The notes beneath the pieces are model-generated. The model searched no databases. It was not told the DNA's origin and saw only the letters and a list, made by a program, of their open reading frames with translations. DNA of 64,000 nt from Nitrososphaerota archaeon. GTDB taxonomy: Archaea; Thermoproteota; Nitrososphaeria_A; Caldarchaeales; Calditenuaceae. A program made the position numbers and the translations under genes. This document shows positions 48,807 to 58,947 of the stretch, in pieces. The stretch's first letter is position 1. Each line of letters begins with the position of its first letter. The stretch lies in NCBI GenBank assembly GCA_033581555.1, contig JAVQSZ010000001.1, positions 144,377 through 208,376 of the forward strand, in the 5' to 3' direction.

Positions 48807-49217
48807 TTGGGCAGGCGGAGGAGGAAGATCGTCAAGAGGACGCCCAGGCCGTTCCCGAAGGTCTTCTACTGCCCCCTGTGCAACCAGCAGGCGGTGACGG
48901 TCGTGAACGTAAGCGGCTACGCCGCGAGGGTGAGCTGCGGCAGCTGCGGCGTCTCGCACGACGTCCCCTGGTACAGGAGCTCGATGCCGGTTGACGCCTA
49001 CTCCATCTGGTACGACATCGTGATGGGTAGGGTTACCGAGGAGGAGGTCGCGCAGAAGATCGAGAGGCTGAGGGCGGTTCAGGAGGTCGTCCTGGAAGAG
49101 GTCGGGGAGCTGACCGATGAGGTCCCTGCCGAGCCGGTCGACGGGGATACCGCAACGGTTGATAAGTCGGCCGAGGGCGAGGTGGTCCCGGAGGATGAAG
49201 CAGGTCGTCAGGATTAA
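48807..49217 (+). CDS. transcription elongation factor Elf1 with acidic tail
   Basis: GRRRRK, FYCPLCN...CGSC, PVDAYSIWYD. Confidence 0.85.
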   Translation: MGRRRRKIVKRTPRPFPKVFYCPLCNQQAVTVVNVSGYAARVSCGSCGVSHDVPWYRSSMPVDAYSIWYDIVMGRVTEEEVAQKIERLRAVQEVVLEEVGELTDEVPAEPVDGDTATVDKSAEGEVVPEDEAGRQD

Positions 49218-49509
49218 GCTGGCTTCGACGGACCTCGAGAGGCTGGAGAGCCTCTGTAGGGAGATCAAGGAGATCGCGACGAGGGCCGGCGCGAAGGTGA
49301 GGGGACCTACCCCACTCCCCACCACCAGACTCGTGCTCCCGGTCAGGAAGAGCCCCTGCGGCGAGGGCACGAAGACCTGGAGGAAGTGGGAGATGAGGGT
49401 CCACAAGAGGTTGATGGACCTCACGATCACCGACCCGAGGGTCATGAGGGAGATAATGAGGATCCAGGTCCCCGAGACTATAGCTATTGAGATGCGGGTT
49501 AAGAGCTGA
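49195..49509 (+). CDS. rps10: 30S ribosomal protein S10 (uS10)
   Basis: RIKLAS, GPTPLPT, RKSPCGEG, WEMRVHKRL. Confidence 0.96.
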   Translation: MKQVVRIKLASTDLERLESLCREIKEIATRAGAKVRGPTPLPTTRLVLPVRKSPCGEGTKTWRKWEMRVHKRLMDLTITDPRVMREIMRIQVPETIAIEMRVKS

Positions 49510-49521
49510 AGGCCTGGGCTT

Positions 49522-50820
49522 CTACTTCCCGAGCTTCGTGATCTCCCTGACGATCCCCGCGCCTATGGTCATCCCCATGTCCCTCAGCGCGAACCTCCCG
49601 AGCTGGGGGAACTCGCTGTAGGGCTCTAGTGCTACGGGCCTCAACGGCTGCAGCTTGACCATCGCGGCGTCGCCGGTCTTGAGGAACTGCGGGTTCTTCT
49701 CGACGACCTGGCCGGTCCTCGGGTCGATCTTCGCCTCCAGCTCAGCGAACCTGACTGCCGTCTGAGCAGTGTGGACGTGCATGACCGGGGTGTACCCGAC
49801 TGCGATCGCTGTCGGGTGGTTGATGATGATCACCTGGGCCCTGAACTCCTCAGCCACCTTGCAGGGGTTGTCGGGGTGGCTGACGACCATCCCCCTGGCG
49901 AGCTGCGTCTTGTCGACGCCCTTGAGGTTGAACCCGATGTTGTCGCCGGGGACCGCCTGCTGGAGCGGCGTGTGGTGCATCTCGATGCTCTTGACCTCAG
50001 CCCTGATCCCGCCCGGCATGATCATGACCTGGTCGCCGGGCTTCAGGACGCCGGTCTCGACCCTCCCGACTGGCACGGTGCCGACACCCTTGATCGAGTA
50101 GACGGCCTGGATCGGGATCCTCAGCGGCTTATCGATCGGCTTCGGCGGCTCCTGGAACGTGTCGAGGGCCTCGAGGAACGTCGGCCCGGTGTACCAAGGC
50201 ATGTTCTTGCTCCTCTCGACGAGGTTGTCGCCCGTCCACCCGGAGACCGGGATGAAGTGGATCTTCGAGGGGTCGATGCCTAACTGCCTCATCAGCGCCG
50301 ATACGCCTTGCTTGACCTCCTCGTACCTCTCCTTTGACCAGTTGACGGTCGGGTCGTCCATCTTGTTGATCAGCACGAGGATCTGCCTTATGCCGAGCAT
50401 GTAAGCGAGGAAGAGGTGCTCCCTCGCCTGGCCGCCGGGCGCGATCGCGACCTCGTACTCCCCCTTCTTCGCGGAGATCACTAGCACGGCCGCATCTGCC
50501 TGAGAGGCCCCGGTGATCATGTTCTTGACGAAGTCCCTGTGGCCTGGAGCGTCGATGATCGTGAAGAAGTTCTTCTTCGTCTCGAACTTCTGGAAGCTCA
50601 GCGTGATCGTCAGCCCCCTCTCCCTCTCCTCCTTGATCGTGTCCATGATGAAGGCGTAGAGGAAGGTCTCCTTCCCCAGCCTCTTCGCCTCCTCCTCGAG
50701 CTGCTTCAGCTGCCTCTCATCGACCGCGCCGTTCAGCACCAGGAAGTGGCCCATCGTCGTCGACTTCCCGTGGTCGACGTGCCCTATCACGATCAGGTTG
50801 ATGTGCGGCTTTCCAGACAT
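49522..50820 (-). CDS. tuf: elongation factor 1-alpha
   Basis: GHVDHGKST, ERERGLTI, DAPGHRDF, NKMD, LGRFALRD. Confidence 0.97.
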   Translation of the reverse strand: MSGKPHINLIVIGHVDHGKSTTMGHFLVLNGAVDERQLKQLEEEAKRLGKETFLYAFIMDTIKEERERGLTITLSFQKFETKKNFFTIIDAPGHRDFVKNMITGASQADAAVLVISAKKGEYEVAIAPGGQAREHLFLAYMLGIRQILVLINKMDDPTVNWSKERYEEVKQGVSALMRQLGIDPSKIHFIPVSGWTGDNLVERSKNMPWYTGPTFLEALDTFQEPPKPIDKPLRIPIQAVYSIKGVGTVPVGRVETGVLKPGDQVMIMPGGIRAEVKSIEMHHTPLQQAVPGDNIGFNLKGVDKTQLARGMVVSHPDNPCKVAEEFRAQVIIINHPTAIAVGYTPVMHVHTAQTAVRFAELEAKIDPRTGQVVEKNPQFLKTGDAAMVKLQPLRPVALEPYSEFPQLGRFALRDMGMTIGAGIVREITKLGK

Positions 50821-50943
50821 CCTAGCTCGGAGTCCTGAACCATCGTGCCGTATTTAAAATTCTTCCCCGAGAGCCGAGCGGAGCTCCGACCCCGGAGCGC
50901 ATCCGTCTGGCGACCGGCCGTGCGAAGTCTACGGGCGGCGAGC

Positions 50944-51501
50944 TCACCTGGAGGCCAGCGCGACCCTCTCCTGCTCGATCTTCTTCTTTATCGCGTAACT
51001 CTTGACGTCGTTCGATGCGGCGGCGATGATCTCGTCCGCGAGCGCCTCGTCTATAGTCTTCGCGGACCTGAACGAGCTCGACCTCGCGCCCTCCGCCATC
51101 CACCTCAGGGCGAGGTCGAGCCTCCTCTGAGGGGAGATGTCGACTGCCTTGAAGTAAGTGATGCCTCCGTAGGTGACCCGCGTCGTGTCCTCCCTCGGCG
51201 CCGCGTTCTCGATCGCCCTGACCAGGACCTGGATGGGGTTCTCGCCGGTCCTAAGGTGGATGATGTGGAGCGCGTTCTTAACCGCGAGCAGGGCCTTCTG
51301 CTTCTTCCCTCCGTTCTTTCCGGGCCTCATCAGCATGTTCGCGAGCCTCTCGACGACGTTCACGTTCGCCTTCCCGAACCGCCTGTGCTCGTGCCGGCCG
51401 CCGCTGTGCGGGAGGACCACGGCCTTCAGGTTGATGTAGGCGCGGAGTCCCGGGTCCCTGACCTCGACGCCGCTGACGTCCCACTGCTCGAAGACCTTCA
51501 T
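50944..51501 (-). CDS. rps7: 30S ribosomal protein S7 (uS7)
   Basis: [38 protein letters not shown]. Confidence 0.96.
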   Translation of the reverse strand: MKVFEQWDVSGVEVRDPGLRAYINLKAVVLPHSGGRHEHRRFGKANVNVVERLANMLMRPGKNGGKKQKALLAVKNALHIIHLRTGENPIQVLVRAIENAAPREDTTRVTYGGITYFKAVDISPQRRLDLALRWMAEGARSSSFRSAKTIDEALADEIIAAASNDVKSYAIKKKIEQERVALASR

Positions 51502-51630
51502 CGTCCGTTGTGGGCTGCTGCCGCAACAATTTAAGCGTGGTCTCCGGGAGGTGCCGAGAAGGTCCAGACTCGAGGACGTAAGGGCGGACGGTTACGGTTA
51601 TAAAAGGGGCGTTCGGACTGTCACGACGGG

Positions 51631-52086
51631 TTGCTGGAGCGGAGGTCTGCTGGGGCGGTGATATTCAACGACAGCATCGGCGACCGGTACTACCTCTTGC
51701 TCCTCTACAGCGCCGGGCACTGGGACTTCCCTAAGGGAGGGATCGAGGAGGGCGAGACCGAGGTCGAGGCGGTGGTCAGGGAGGTCTACGAGGAGACCGG
51801 GATAAGGGAGATCGAGTTGATAGACGGGTTCAGGCAGACGATCCAGTACTCCTACAAGAGCCAGCAGGGCGAGGTGAGGAAGAGCGTGGTCTTCTACCTC
51901 GCGAAGACCGGGACCTTCGACGTAAGGCTCAGTCACGAGCACAAGGGCTACGCGTGGCTGAAGTACGAGGACGCGATGGACCAGCTCACCTACAACACCG
52001 CGAAGTCCGTCCTGAGGGTCGCGAACGTCTTCCTGAACGGACTGAGGAGGTCAATCCAGGAGGGCCAAGTGAGGACCCTGAGGTAG
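51631..52086 (+). CDS. NUDIX hydrolase (Ap4A hydrolase-like)
   Basis: HWDFPKGGIEEGETEVEAVVREVYEETG Nudix box, LSHEH. Confidence 0.9.
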   Translation: MLERRSAGAVIFNDSIGDRYYLLLLYSAGHWDFPKGGIEEGETEVEAVVREVYEETGIREIELIDGFRQTIQYSYKSQQGEVRKSVVFYLAKTGTFDVRLSHEHKGYAWLKYEDAMDQLTYNTAKSVLRVANVFLNGLRRSIQEGQVRTLR

Positions 52087-52092
52087 GCGCGC

Positions 52093-53820
52093 TTGATCGG
52101 CAGGCTCGCGTTCCTTGCGCTACTCGCAGCCCTGATCTTCGCCAGCTTCGGAACCGTCGTCGGTGAGGAGCACCAGCTGGAGCTGCAGGTCGTCGACGCG
52201 ACGGGAAGGCCGCTGTCCGGGGTCGAGCTGGCGCTGATCGACGGAGGGGTGAGGAGGGCCTTCAGGACCACCGACGCGGGGCTCGCGGTCTTCAGGGCCC
52301 TACAGGCCGGGACCTACCTAGCCCAACTCCAAGTGGATGGGGTGCTGGTCCTCAACGAGACGGTCACCGTGCCGCAGGAGGGGAGGCCGAGGCTCGTGGC
52401 AAAGGTCGCGCCGCTCAGCCTGGTCGTCCTCGACGCCGACGGCCTCCCTGCGAGGGACCTGACGGTCAGGGTCGCGGCCGGCGCGGGAAAGGTCGTCAGG
52501 GAGGCTGTCACCAGGGAGGCAGGGACCGTCACGTTCAGCAACCTGCCGCTCTCGGAGCTCCAAGCCGTGGGCGTCTACACCGTCTCGATAAGGGCCCAAG
52601 GGGTCACGACCGAACTGGGTACCCTGCGGCACGACCTCTCGAAGGAGCGCTACGAGTTCGTGGGACCACTCGCGACCGTCCGGATAAGGGTCGTCGACCT
52701 GGCTGGCAATCCCCTACCCAACGGCACGGTCACGCTCCTCACCGGCCTGGTGACCTACAGGGCTAACATCGCGGAGGGCAGCGCCGAGCTCAGGGGCGTC
52801 TTGACGTCGGACGTCGCCGGAAAGTACGGACTCTCGGTCTTTAGGTTCTACGGGAGGAACCGCGTGAACTTCACGCTGCTGGAGGCGTCGCTGGAACTCG
52901 CGAGGTCGACCAACCTGACCCTCGTGGCGAACGCGCTGGACCTCGAGGTCAGGGCGCTGGCCGACGGCGAGGACCCGATAGCGAGGGCTAGGGTGTCGGT
53001 GAGCTCCGCGAGGGGCGAGCTTGACTCCGGGGTCACCGACTCCGAGGGGAGGGTTAGGTTCAGGGCCCTGCCGGCCTCGCAGGCGGCCGAGGCCGGGGAC
53101 CTGAGGTTGAGCCTCAGCCTCGGCGGGCGATACCTCCTCAACGTCACGCACAGGTTGACCCTCGAGGGCACATCGCTCGGGCTCGCGGTAAGGAGGGCAG
53201 AGCTCGCGGTCAGCCTGGTCGCCGCCGACGGGTCCCCGCTCTCGGGGGCGCTAGTCCAGTCCACAGAGCCGGGGACGGGTAAGAGGATCAACGCGACCTC
53301 GGACCGCTCCGGCGTCGCCCTACTCAGGACCCTACCGGTCCCGCTGAGGGTAACGGTCGTTTACGAGGGGATGGTAGTCCACGCGGAGGACCTCGACCCG
53401 ACCAGGGGGAGGGCCGAGGTCAGGGTCTCCGGCGCTAGGATACCGGTGACGATCGAGGTCAGGGACTGGCTCGGAGCGAAGTCGCCCGGCGTGACGTTGA
53501 GGGCCTATCAGGCAGGCAAGGAGGTCGCGGTCCAGAGGGCGGACGGCTCGTTCTCGCTGGTCGTCCCGGTGAAGGGGAGCGTGGCGCTGGAGGTGTACCT
53601 CGACGGCCGCCTGATCGAGAAGCGGGTCCTAGCGGTGACCGCGCCCTCCCACGAAGTCCTGGTGGTCAGCGGTTTCTTCGCTGGCGGCGGCCTTCTGGGG
53701 CCGGAGGCGATGGGTATGGCCGTCTCAGCGGTCGTCTCCTCAGCTATGATCGCGGCCGGAGTCTCTCTGGTCCTCTGGGCCCGGAGGCGGGCGTCTGCCA
53801 GTCAGGCGAGGGCCTCGTAG
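52093..53820 (+). CDS. secreted protein with repeated carboxypeptidase-regulatory-like beta domains and C-terminal TM
   Basis: Repeated VVD.xG.PL.G..V....TD..G motifs, signal peptide, TM anchor. Confidence 0.75.
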   Translation: MIGRLAFLALLAALIFASFGTVVGEEHQLELQVVDATGRPLSGVELALIDGGVRRAFRTTDAGLAVFRALQAGTYLAQLQVDGVLVLNETVTVPQEGRPRLVAKVAPLSLVVLDADGLPARDLTVRVAAGAGKVVREAVTREAGTVTFSNLPLSELQAVGVYTVSIRAQGVTTELGTLRHDLSKERYEFVGPLATVRIRVVDLAGNPLPNGTVTLLTGLVTYRANIAEGSAELRGVLTSDVAGKYGLSVFRFYGRNRVNFTLLEASLELARSTNLTLVANALDLEVRALADGEDPIARARVSVSSARGELDSGVTDSEGRVRFRALPASQAAEAGDLRLSLSLGGRYLLNVTHRLTLEGTSLGLAVRRAELAVSLVAADGSPLSGALVQSTEPGTGKRINATSDRSGVALLRTLPVPLRVTVVYEGMVVHAEDLDPTRGRAEVRVSGARIPVTIEVRDWLGAKSPGVTLRAYQAGKEVAVQRADGSFSLVVPVKGSVALEVYLDGRLIEKRVLAVTAPSHEVLVVSGFFAGGGLLGPEAMGMAVSAVVSSAMIAAGVSLVLWARRRASASQARAS

Positions 53821-54722
53821 AGCCTGATGTAAGACCCGGTGACCGTCCTGTAGTCGAACTCCCTCACGATCTCCTTACCCCTCCTCACCAGCCTGTCCCT
53901 CTTCGACTCCAGCTCCCCGAAGGCCTCAACCCATCTCTCCGGGACGGGGTCGGTCAGCAGCACCGCGTCGCTGAAGGGCTCGAAGGCAGGGATCCTGTTC
54001 GCGATCACCGGACACTCCGAAGCCCAGGCCTCCAGCAGGACGCTCGGCATCCCCTCCCACCGCGACGTGATCATCAGGCAGACCGCCGACTTCATATGGG
54101 ATATCACCTCCTTCCAGGGCGCGACCCGCTCGACGCCGAAGGCGACGTGCCTTACCTTTAGCCTCCTCACCACCTCCTTGAAAAGGCGATAGTTCTTGAT
54201 GGGGTCGTTCCTCCCCACGAAGAGGACGTAGCTCTTCTCCGCGGGCTCGACCTCCTCGATCGCCCGGACGTCGGTCATGTTGGGGATCCACATCCATCCC
54301 CTCCTCTCGGCCTCGTAACGCATCACGGTCGTCACGGCGCCAACCCGTCCCCTCATCGCCCTGATCCCGAACCAGAGCGCGTCGGTGACCGGGCCGTACT
54401 TCATCCTGAACTCGACCTCTCCGCCGTGAACGGTGACCACGCCCCTCTCCGCGAAGGCGAGCGTGGGCAGAAGCTTCGGCGAGTGGACGTGAACCACGTC
54501 GAAGCCCCTAACCCTCAGCGAGGCCCCGACCGAGAACGTGAGCGACTTGAGTTTCGGGATCCCAAGAGCCCATGAGTTGCCCGAGTGCACCGCGACCGCC
54601 TCAACCCCCTCCTCCTTCAGACCCCTGTGGAGGAGCTGGACGTGCCTGCCGGAGCCGCTCGCGCCCCCGTAGGTGTAGTTGACCAGAGCTACCCTCAACC
54701 CCTCGCAGACGGCGCGTTCCAA
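53802..54722 (-). CDS. GT4 glycosyltransferase
   Basis: DVVHVH, FVGR...KN, S.WEGMPSVLLEAWA. Confidence 0.88.
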   Translation of the reverse strand: MERAVCEGLRVALVNYTYGGASGSGRHVQLLHRGLKEEGVEAVAVHSGNSWALGIPKLKSLTFSVGASLRVRGFDVVHVHSPKLLPTLAFAERGVVTVHGGEVEFRMKYGPVTDALWFGIRAMRGRVGAVTTVMRYEAERRGWMWIPNMTDVRAIEEVEPAEKSYVLFVGRNDPIKNYRLFKEVVRRLKVRHVAFGVERVAPWKEVISHMKSAVCLMITSRWEGMPSVLLEAWASECPVIANRIPAFEPFSDAVLLTDPVPERWVEAFGELESKRDRLVRRGKEIVREFDYRTVTGSYIRLYEALA

Positions 54723-54757
54723 CGTTTAATAGGTAAACCCGTGGCTGGACCGCAGGG

Positions 54758-55183
54758 ATGTCGACGGAGGCGCCCGCGCAGCAGCCGAGGAGGGAGGAGA
54801 AGCTCGTATGGGGAGTCGTCCACATCTACTCCTCATACAACAACGTCGTCGTCCACGTGACTGACCTGACCGGCTCAGAGACCTTCGCGAGGGCCTCCGG
54901 CGGGATGTTCGTGACCGGAGGGAGGATGGAGGCCTCGCCCTACGCCGCGATGAGGGCGGCGAGCTTCGCGATGGAGGTCGCGAAGTCGAAGGGCATCAAC
55001 GCGGTCCACATCAAGGTCAGGGCGCCTGGGGGCGTGAAGTCGAAGACCCCGGGCCCGGGCACTCAGGCCGCGATAAGGGCGATCGCCAGGTCCGGCGTCC
55101 TCATCGGGAGGATCGAGGACGTCACGCCCACGCCCCACGACAGCGTCAGGAAGAAGGGAGGCAGGAGGGGAAGGCGGGTCTAA
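54758..55183 (+). CDS. rps11: 30S ribosomal protein S11 (uS11)
   Basis: [37 protein letters not shown]. Confidence 0.97.
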   Translation: MSTEAPAQQPRREEKLVWGVVHIYSSYNNVVVHVTDLTGSETFARASGGMFVTGGRMEASPYAAMRAASFAMEVAKSKGINAVHIKVRAPGGVKSKTPGPGTQAAIRAIARSGVLIGRIEDVTPTPHDSVRKKGGRRGRRV

Positions 55184-55201
55184 CCTGCGAAAATTAGCAT
55201 C

Positions 55202-55729
55202 ATGTTGAAATTCTCGGTCGCGGGTGCTCTGAACGTGAAGCGGCTCTACCTCGTGGCTTTGGCGGTCGTGGTGGCATTAGTCGCGGGCGTCGGCGTCGTC
55301 TTCGGCATAGGGTCGGTGCCCGTCGCGGAGGACATAGCCACGAGGCACGGCACCAAGGCGGGCGCCATCTTCCTGAACCTCAGGAACAACGGCTTCTTGG
55401 CCGACTGCGTGGTGGGCGTCGAGGTCTACGGCGAGACCAAGGACGGTAAGAGGGTCGACCTACAGTCGGAGCTCCACACGACCGTCATGGAAGGGAACGT
55501 CATGAAGATGGTCAAGGTCGACAAGGTCTGCGTCGGGCCCTTCGGCGTCGTCAGGATGAGGGGCGCAGAGGGGGAGGGCTACCATATCATGGTTTTCGGC
55601 GAGATCGAGAAGGTCAACGTGTACCACGTCACCCTGAAGTTCCAGAGCGGCAAGGTCCTCCACTTCCACGCGAAGGCCCCGACCGCGGCCGGACATACTG
55701 ACCACGGAATGGGGCACAGGCACGGGTAA
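55202..55729 (+). CDS. PCu(A)C-like copper chaperone
   Basis: Signal/TM, ELHTTVMEGNVMKM, GYHIM, His-rich tail. Confidence 0.82.
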   Translation: MLKFSVAGALNVKRLYLVALAVVVALVAGVGVVFGIGSVPVAEDIATRHGTKAGAIFLNLRNNGFLADCVVGVEVYGETKDGKRVDLQSELHTTVMEGNVMKMVKVDKVCVGPFGVVRMRGAEGEGYHIMVFGEIEKVNVYHVTLKFQSGKVLHFHAKAPTAAGHTDHGMGHRHG

Positions 55730-55794
55730 CTCCTCTGCTCGAGTTAACTCTTTGGGTTAAGCTTATTTATCGTTCAAAAACTTCGTGAAACGAG

Positions 55795-57576
55795 ATGGGG
55801 AGGATCGCGGAGGGGCTCTCCGACTGGTCGTCCAGGAGGCTCGGGTACTGGGCAGACCTCAAGTCCAGGAGGGAGGAGAGGAGGAAAAGGTCCCCGATGT
55901 TCAAGGAGGAGGCGTTAGAGAGGCTGAGGACGCTCCAATCGCTCTGGGAGAAGAAGTATCAGGACAGCGTCTGCACCGCGCCGGAGAGGAAGAAGTCCTT
56001 CGAGACGACCTCGGGGATTGAGATCAAGCCGCTCTACACGCCTTTGGACGTCAGCTGGCTCGACTACGAGACCGACCTCGGCTTCCCGGGCGAATATCCC
56101 TACACGAGGGGGGTCTACACGTCGATGTACAGGTCCAAGGTCTGGACGATGCGGATGTTCGCGGGCCTCGGGACCCCAGAGGACACCAACAGCCGGTTCA
56201 AGTTCCTGCTTGAGCACGGCGAGACGGGCCTGAGCCTCGCCTTCGACATGCCGACCCTCTACGGCTACGACCCCGACAGCCCGAGGGCCGAGGGTGAGGT
56301 AGGGAAGTGCGGAGTCTCCGTTGCGACCGTGAAGGACATGGAGGTGATCTTCGACGGAATCCCGCTGGACAAGGTCAGTGTCTCCATGACGATCAACGCG
56401 CCTGCAGCGGTCCTCCTCGCGATGCTGATCGTCGTCGCGGAGAAGCAGGGCGTGCCGATGCGGGTACTCAGCGGTACAGTACAGGCCGACATATTGAAGG
56501 AGTTCATCGCCCAGAAGGAGTGGGCCTTCACTCCGGAGGCCCACCTCCGGATCATCAGGGACATGATGGATTTCTGCACTAAGAACATGCCCAGGTGGCA
56601 CTACGTCAGCGTCAGCGGGTACCACATCAGGGAGGCTGGGGCCAGCGCGGCCCAAGAGCTTAGCTTCACCCTGATGGACGGGTTCACCTACGTCGACCTG
56701 GGGATCTCGTCCGGCCTCAATCCCGACGAGTTCCTCCCGCGCTTCTCGTTCTTCTTCAACTCCACGATGAACTTCTTCGAGGAGATCGCTAAGTTCAGGG
56801 CCGCCAGGAAGATCTGGGCCACCGTGATGAGGGAGTTCTACGGCGTCAAGAACCCGAGGGGCCTGACCCTGAGGTTCCACACCCAGAACTCCGGGGCCTC
56901 GCTGACGTGGCAGCAGCCGCTGAACAACATCATCAGGACCACGATCGAGGCCTTGGCAGCGGTCCTCGGCGGGACGCAGTCGCTCCACACCAACTCCTAC
57001 GACGAGGCCTGGGCACTGCCCTCCGAGGAGGCGGTCCTCGTGGCACTCAGGACCCAACAGATAATCGCCGAGGAGACCGACATCCCAGACACGATCGACC
57101 CGCTCGCGGGCTCCTACTTCGTCGAGTGGTTGACGGACCAGATGGTGGAGAAGGCCCTCGACTACTTCTACAAGATCGACGAGCTCGGGGGAATGCTGAG
57201 GGCGATTGAGACGGGATACGTCCAGAGGGAGATACACGAGGTCGCCTACAGGACGCAGCTAGCGGTGGAGCGGGGCGAGTCCGTGATCGTAGGCGTGAAC
57301 AAGTACGTTATCCCCGACGAGAAGCCGATCAGGTACCTCAGGATCGACGAGAGGGTGAGGGACCTTCAGGTCGCGAGGCTCGAGGAGGTCAAGAGGACGA
57401 GGGACAGGGAGAGGGTGAGGAGGGCCCTCGACCAGCTCAGGTGGGCCTTCGAGCACGAGGACGTCAACGTGATGCCCTACATCATCGAAGCGGTCAGGTC
57501 CTACGCGACGCTGGAGGAGATCATGAACGTCGGCCGCGAGGTCTTCGGGACCTGGAAGGAGCCCCAGATCGTCTGA
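55795..57576 (+). CDS. B12-dependent acyl-CoA mutase large subunit (isobutyryl-CoA mutase-type signature)
   Basis: PGEYPYTRG, RMFAG, DILKEFIAQKEW, GYHIREAG, GGTQSLHTNSYDEA. Confidence 0.9.
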   Translation: MGRIAEGLSDWSSRRLGYWADLKSRREERRKRSPMFKEEALERLRTLQSLWEKKYQDSVCTAPERKKSFETTSGIEIKPLYTPLDVSWLDYETDLGFPGEYPYTRGVYTSMYRSKVWTMRMFAGLGTPEDTNSRFKFLLEHGETGLSLAFDMPTLYGYDPDSPRAEGEVGKCGVSVATVKDMEVIFDGIPLDKVSVSMTINAPAAVLLAMLIVVAEKQGVPMRVLSGTVQADILKEFIAQKEWAFTPEAHLRIIRDMMDFCTKNMPRWHYVSVSGYHIREAGASAAQELSFTLMDGFTYVDLGISSGLNPDEFLPRFSFFFNSTMNFFEEIAKFRAARKIWATVMREFYGVKNPRGLTLRFHTQNSGASLTWQQPLNNIIRTTIEALAAVLGGTQSLHTNSYDEAWALPSEEAVLVALRTQQIIAEETDIPDTIDPLAGSYFVEWLTDQMVEKALDYFYKIDELGGMLRAIETGYVQREIHEVAYRTQLAVERGESVIVGVNKYVIPDEKPIRYLRIDERVRDLQVARLEEVKRTRDRERVRRALDQLRWAFEHEDVNVMPYIIEAVRSYATLEEIMNVGREVFGTWKEPQIV

Positions 57577-57594
57577 ACCGGAGCTGCTCCGCCC

Positions 57595-58032
57595 TCAGAC
57601 CGCCTCTTTCCACCTCTCCTTTCTCACCCTCTCGACGATGTGTTTAATGATCACGTCCAGCGGCGTTCCTGGCCCGAAGTTCCCAGAGATCCCCTCGCTC
57701 TCAAGGATCGGCCTGTCCTCCGGCGGGATAATGCCTCCCCCGACGACGATCTTGTCGCCCGCCCCCCTCTCCCTCAAGAGCCTCGCGACCCTGATGAAGT
57801 TTGGGATGTGGTCGGCGTTGTGGAGGCTCAGGGCAACTACATCGACGTCCTCTTGGATCGCGATCTCCACGACCTCCTCGGGGCTCCGGAGTATGCCGCC
57901 GTAGACGACCTCCATCCCCGCGTCCCTAAAGGCCCTAGCCAGTATCAGCAGGCCTCTGTCGTGGCCGTCGAGCCCTGGCTTCGCGAGGAGTATCCTGATC
58001 CTCCGGTTGCTCCTCTGGGCCAGCTCGGCCAT
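57595..58032 (-). CDS. acyl-CoA mutase cobalamin-binding small subunit
   Basis: KPGLDGHDRG (DxHxxG), GGGIIP, FGPGT. Confidence 0.92.
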   Translation of the reverse strand: MAELAQRSNRRIRILLAKPGLDGHDRGLLILARAFRDAGMEVVYGGILRSPEEVVEIAIQEDVDVVALSLHNADHIPNFIRVARLLRERGAGDKIVVGGGIIPPEDRPILESEGISGNFGPGTPLDVIIKHIVERVRKERWKEAV

Positions 58033-58137
58033 CCCTGGTCCTAACTGAGACACTTCGGGTAATTAGAGTTCTCCGCGCGGTCCAGAGGGTTCGGTTCTTT
58101 TATCGGCCCCTCCCCAGGATAATCCGGTCGGGAGGGG

Positions 58138-58947
58138 TTGGTCCTGAACTACGGCGACAGGGTGCTCCTACTCACCGAGAGGGGCAACAGGTACCTTGTG
58201 ACGCTCAAGCGGGGGGAGAGGCTGCACTCGGAGGACGGCGTCTTGAGCCACGACTCGCTGGTGGGGCTCGAGCACGGCGACGTCGTCGAGTCAACAACCG
58301 GCGTGAGGGCCGCGGTCCTCTACCCCACCGTCTACGAGCTGCTGGCCTCGATGCCCCGGAGGACACAGATCGTGTACCCGAAGGACCTCGGGATGATCGC
58401 GTTCCTCGCGGACGCGAGGCCGGGCTCCAAGATCGTCGAGGGGGGAACCGGGAGCGGCGTGCTGGCGCTATACCTCGCGACCCGCGTATGCCCCGGTGGC
58501 CTAGTGGTCAGCTACGACCTCTCCGACGAGAGGTTCCCCGTGATAGAGCGGATGGCCGAGAGGCTCGGCGTGAAGGAGGCCCTGGTGCTGAAGAGGGGGG
58601 ACCTCGGTGAGCCTGAGGAGAGGGAAGTCGACGCGTTCGTCGTTGACGTTCCCGAGCCCTGGAGCGTGATCGGGGGCGCGGTGAAGGCCCTGAGGGGAGG
58701 AGGGACCTTCGTCGCGATCGTCCCGTCCGTGAACCAGCTCGAGAGGACGGTCTCGGCGATGAGGGCCTCGGGAATCGTCGACTACTTCGTGGGCGAGCTG
58801 ATGATAAGGCCGTGGAGGGTTAGGGTGGGCGCGACGAGGCCGGTCCACGTGACGCGGGGCCACACGGTCTTCATCGCGTCAGGCCGGAGGGTCAACGCGG
58901 CGGACGTCTCATCATGGAACCTGAAGCTGCCTATGGGGTTCAGGTGA
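58138..58947 (+). CDS. trmI: tRNA (adenine-57/58-N1)-methyltransferase
   Basis: RRTQIVYPKD, EGGTGSG, DVPEPW, GHT.F. Confidence 0.92.
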   Translation: MVLNYGDRVLLLTERGNRYLVTLKRGERLHSEDGVLSHDSLVGLEHGDVVESTTGVRAAVLYPTVYELLASMPRRTQIVYPKDLGMIAFLADARPGSKIVEGGTGSGVLALYLATRVCPGGLVVSYDLSDERFPVIERMAERLGVKEALVLKRGDLGEPEEREVDAFVVDVPEPWSVIGGAVKALRGGGTFVAIVPSVNQLERTVSAMRASGIVDYFVGELMIRPWRVRVGATRPVHVTRGHTVFIASGRRVNAADVSSWNLKLPMGFR

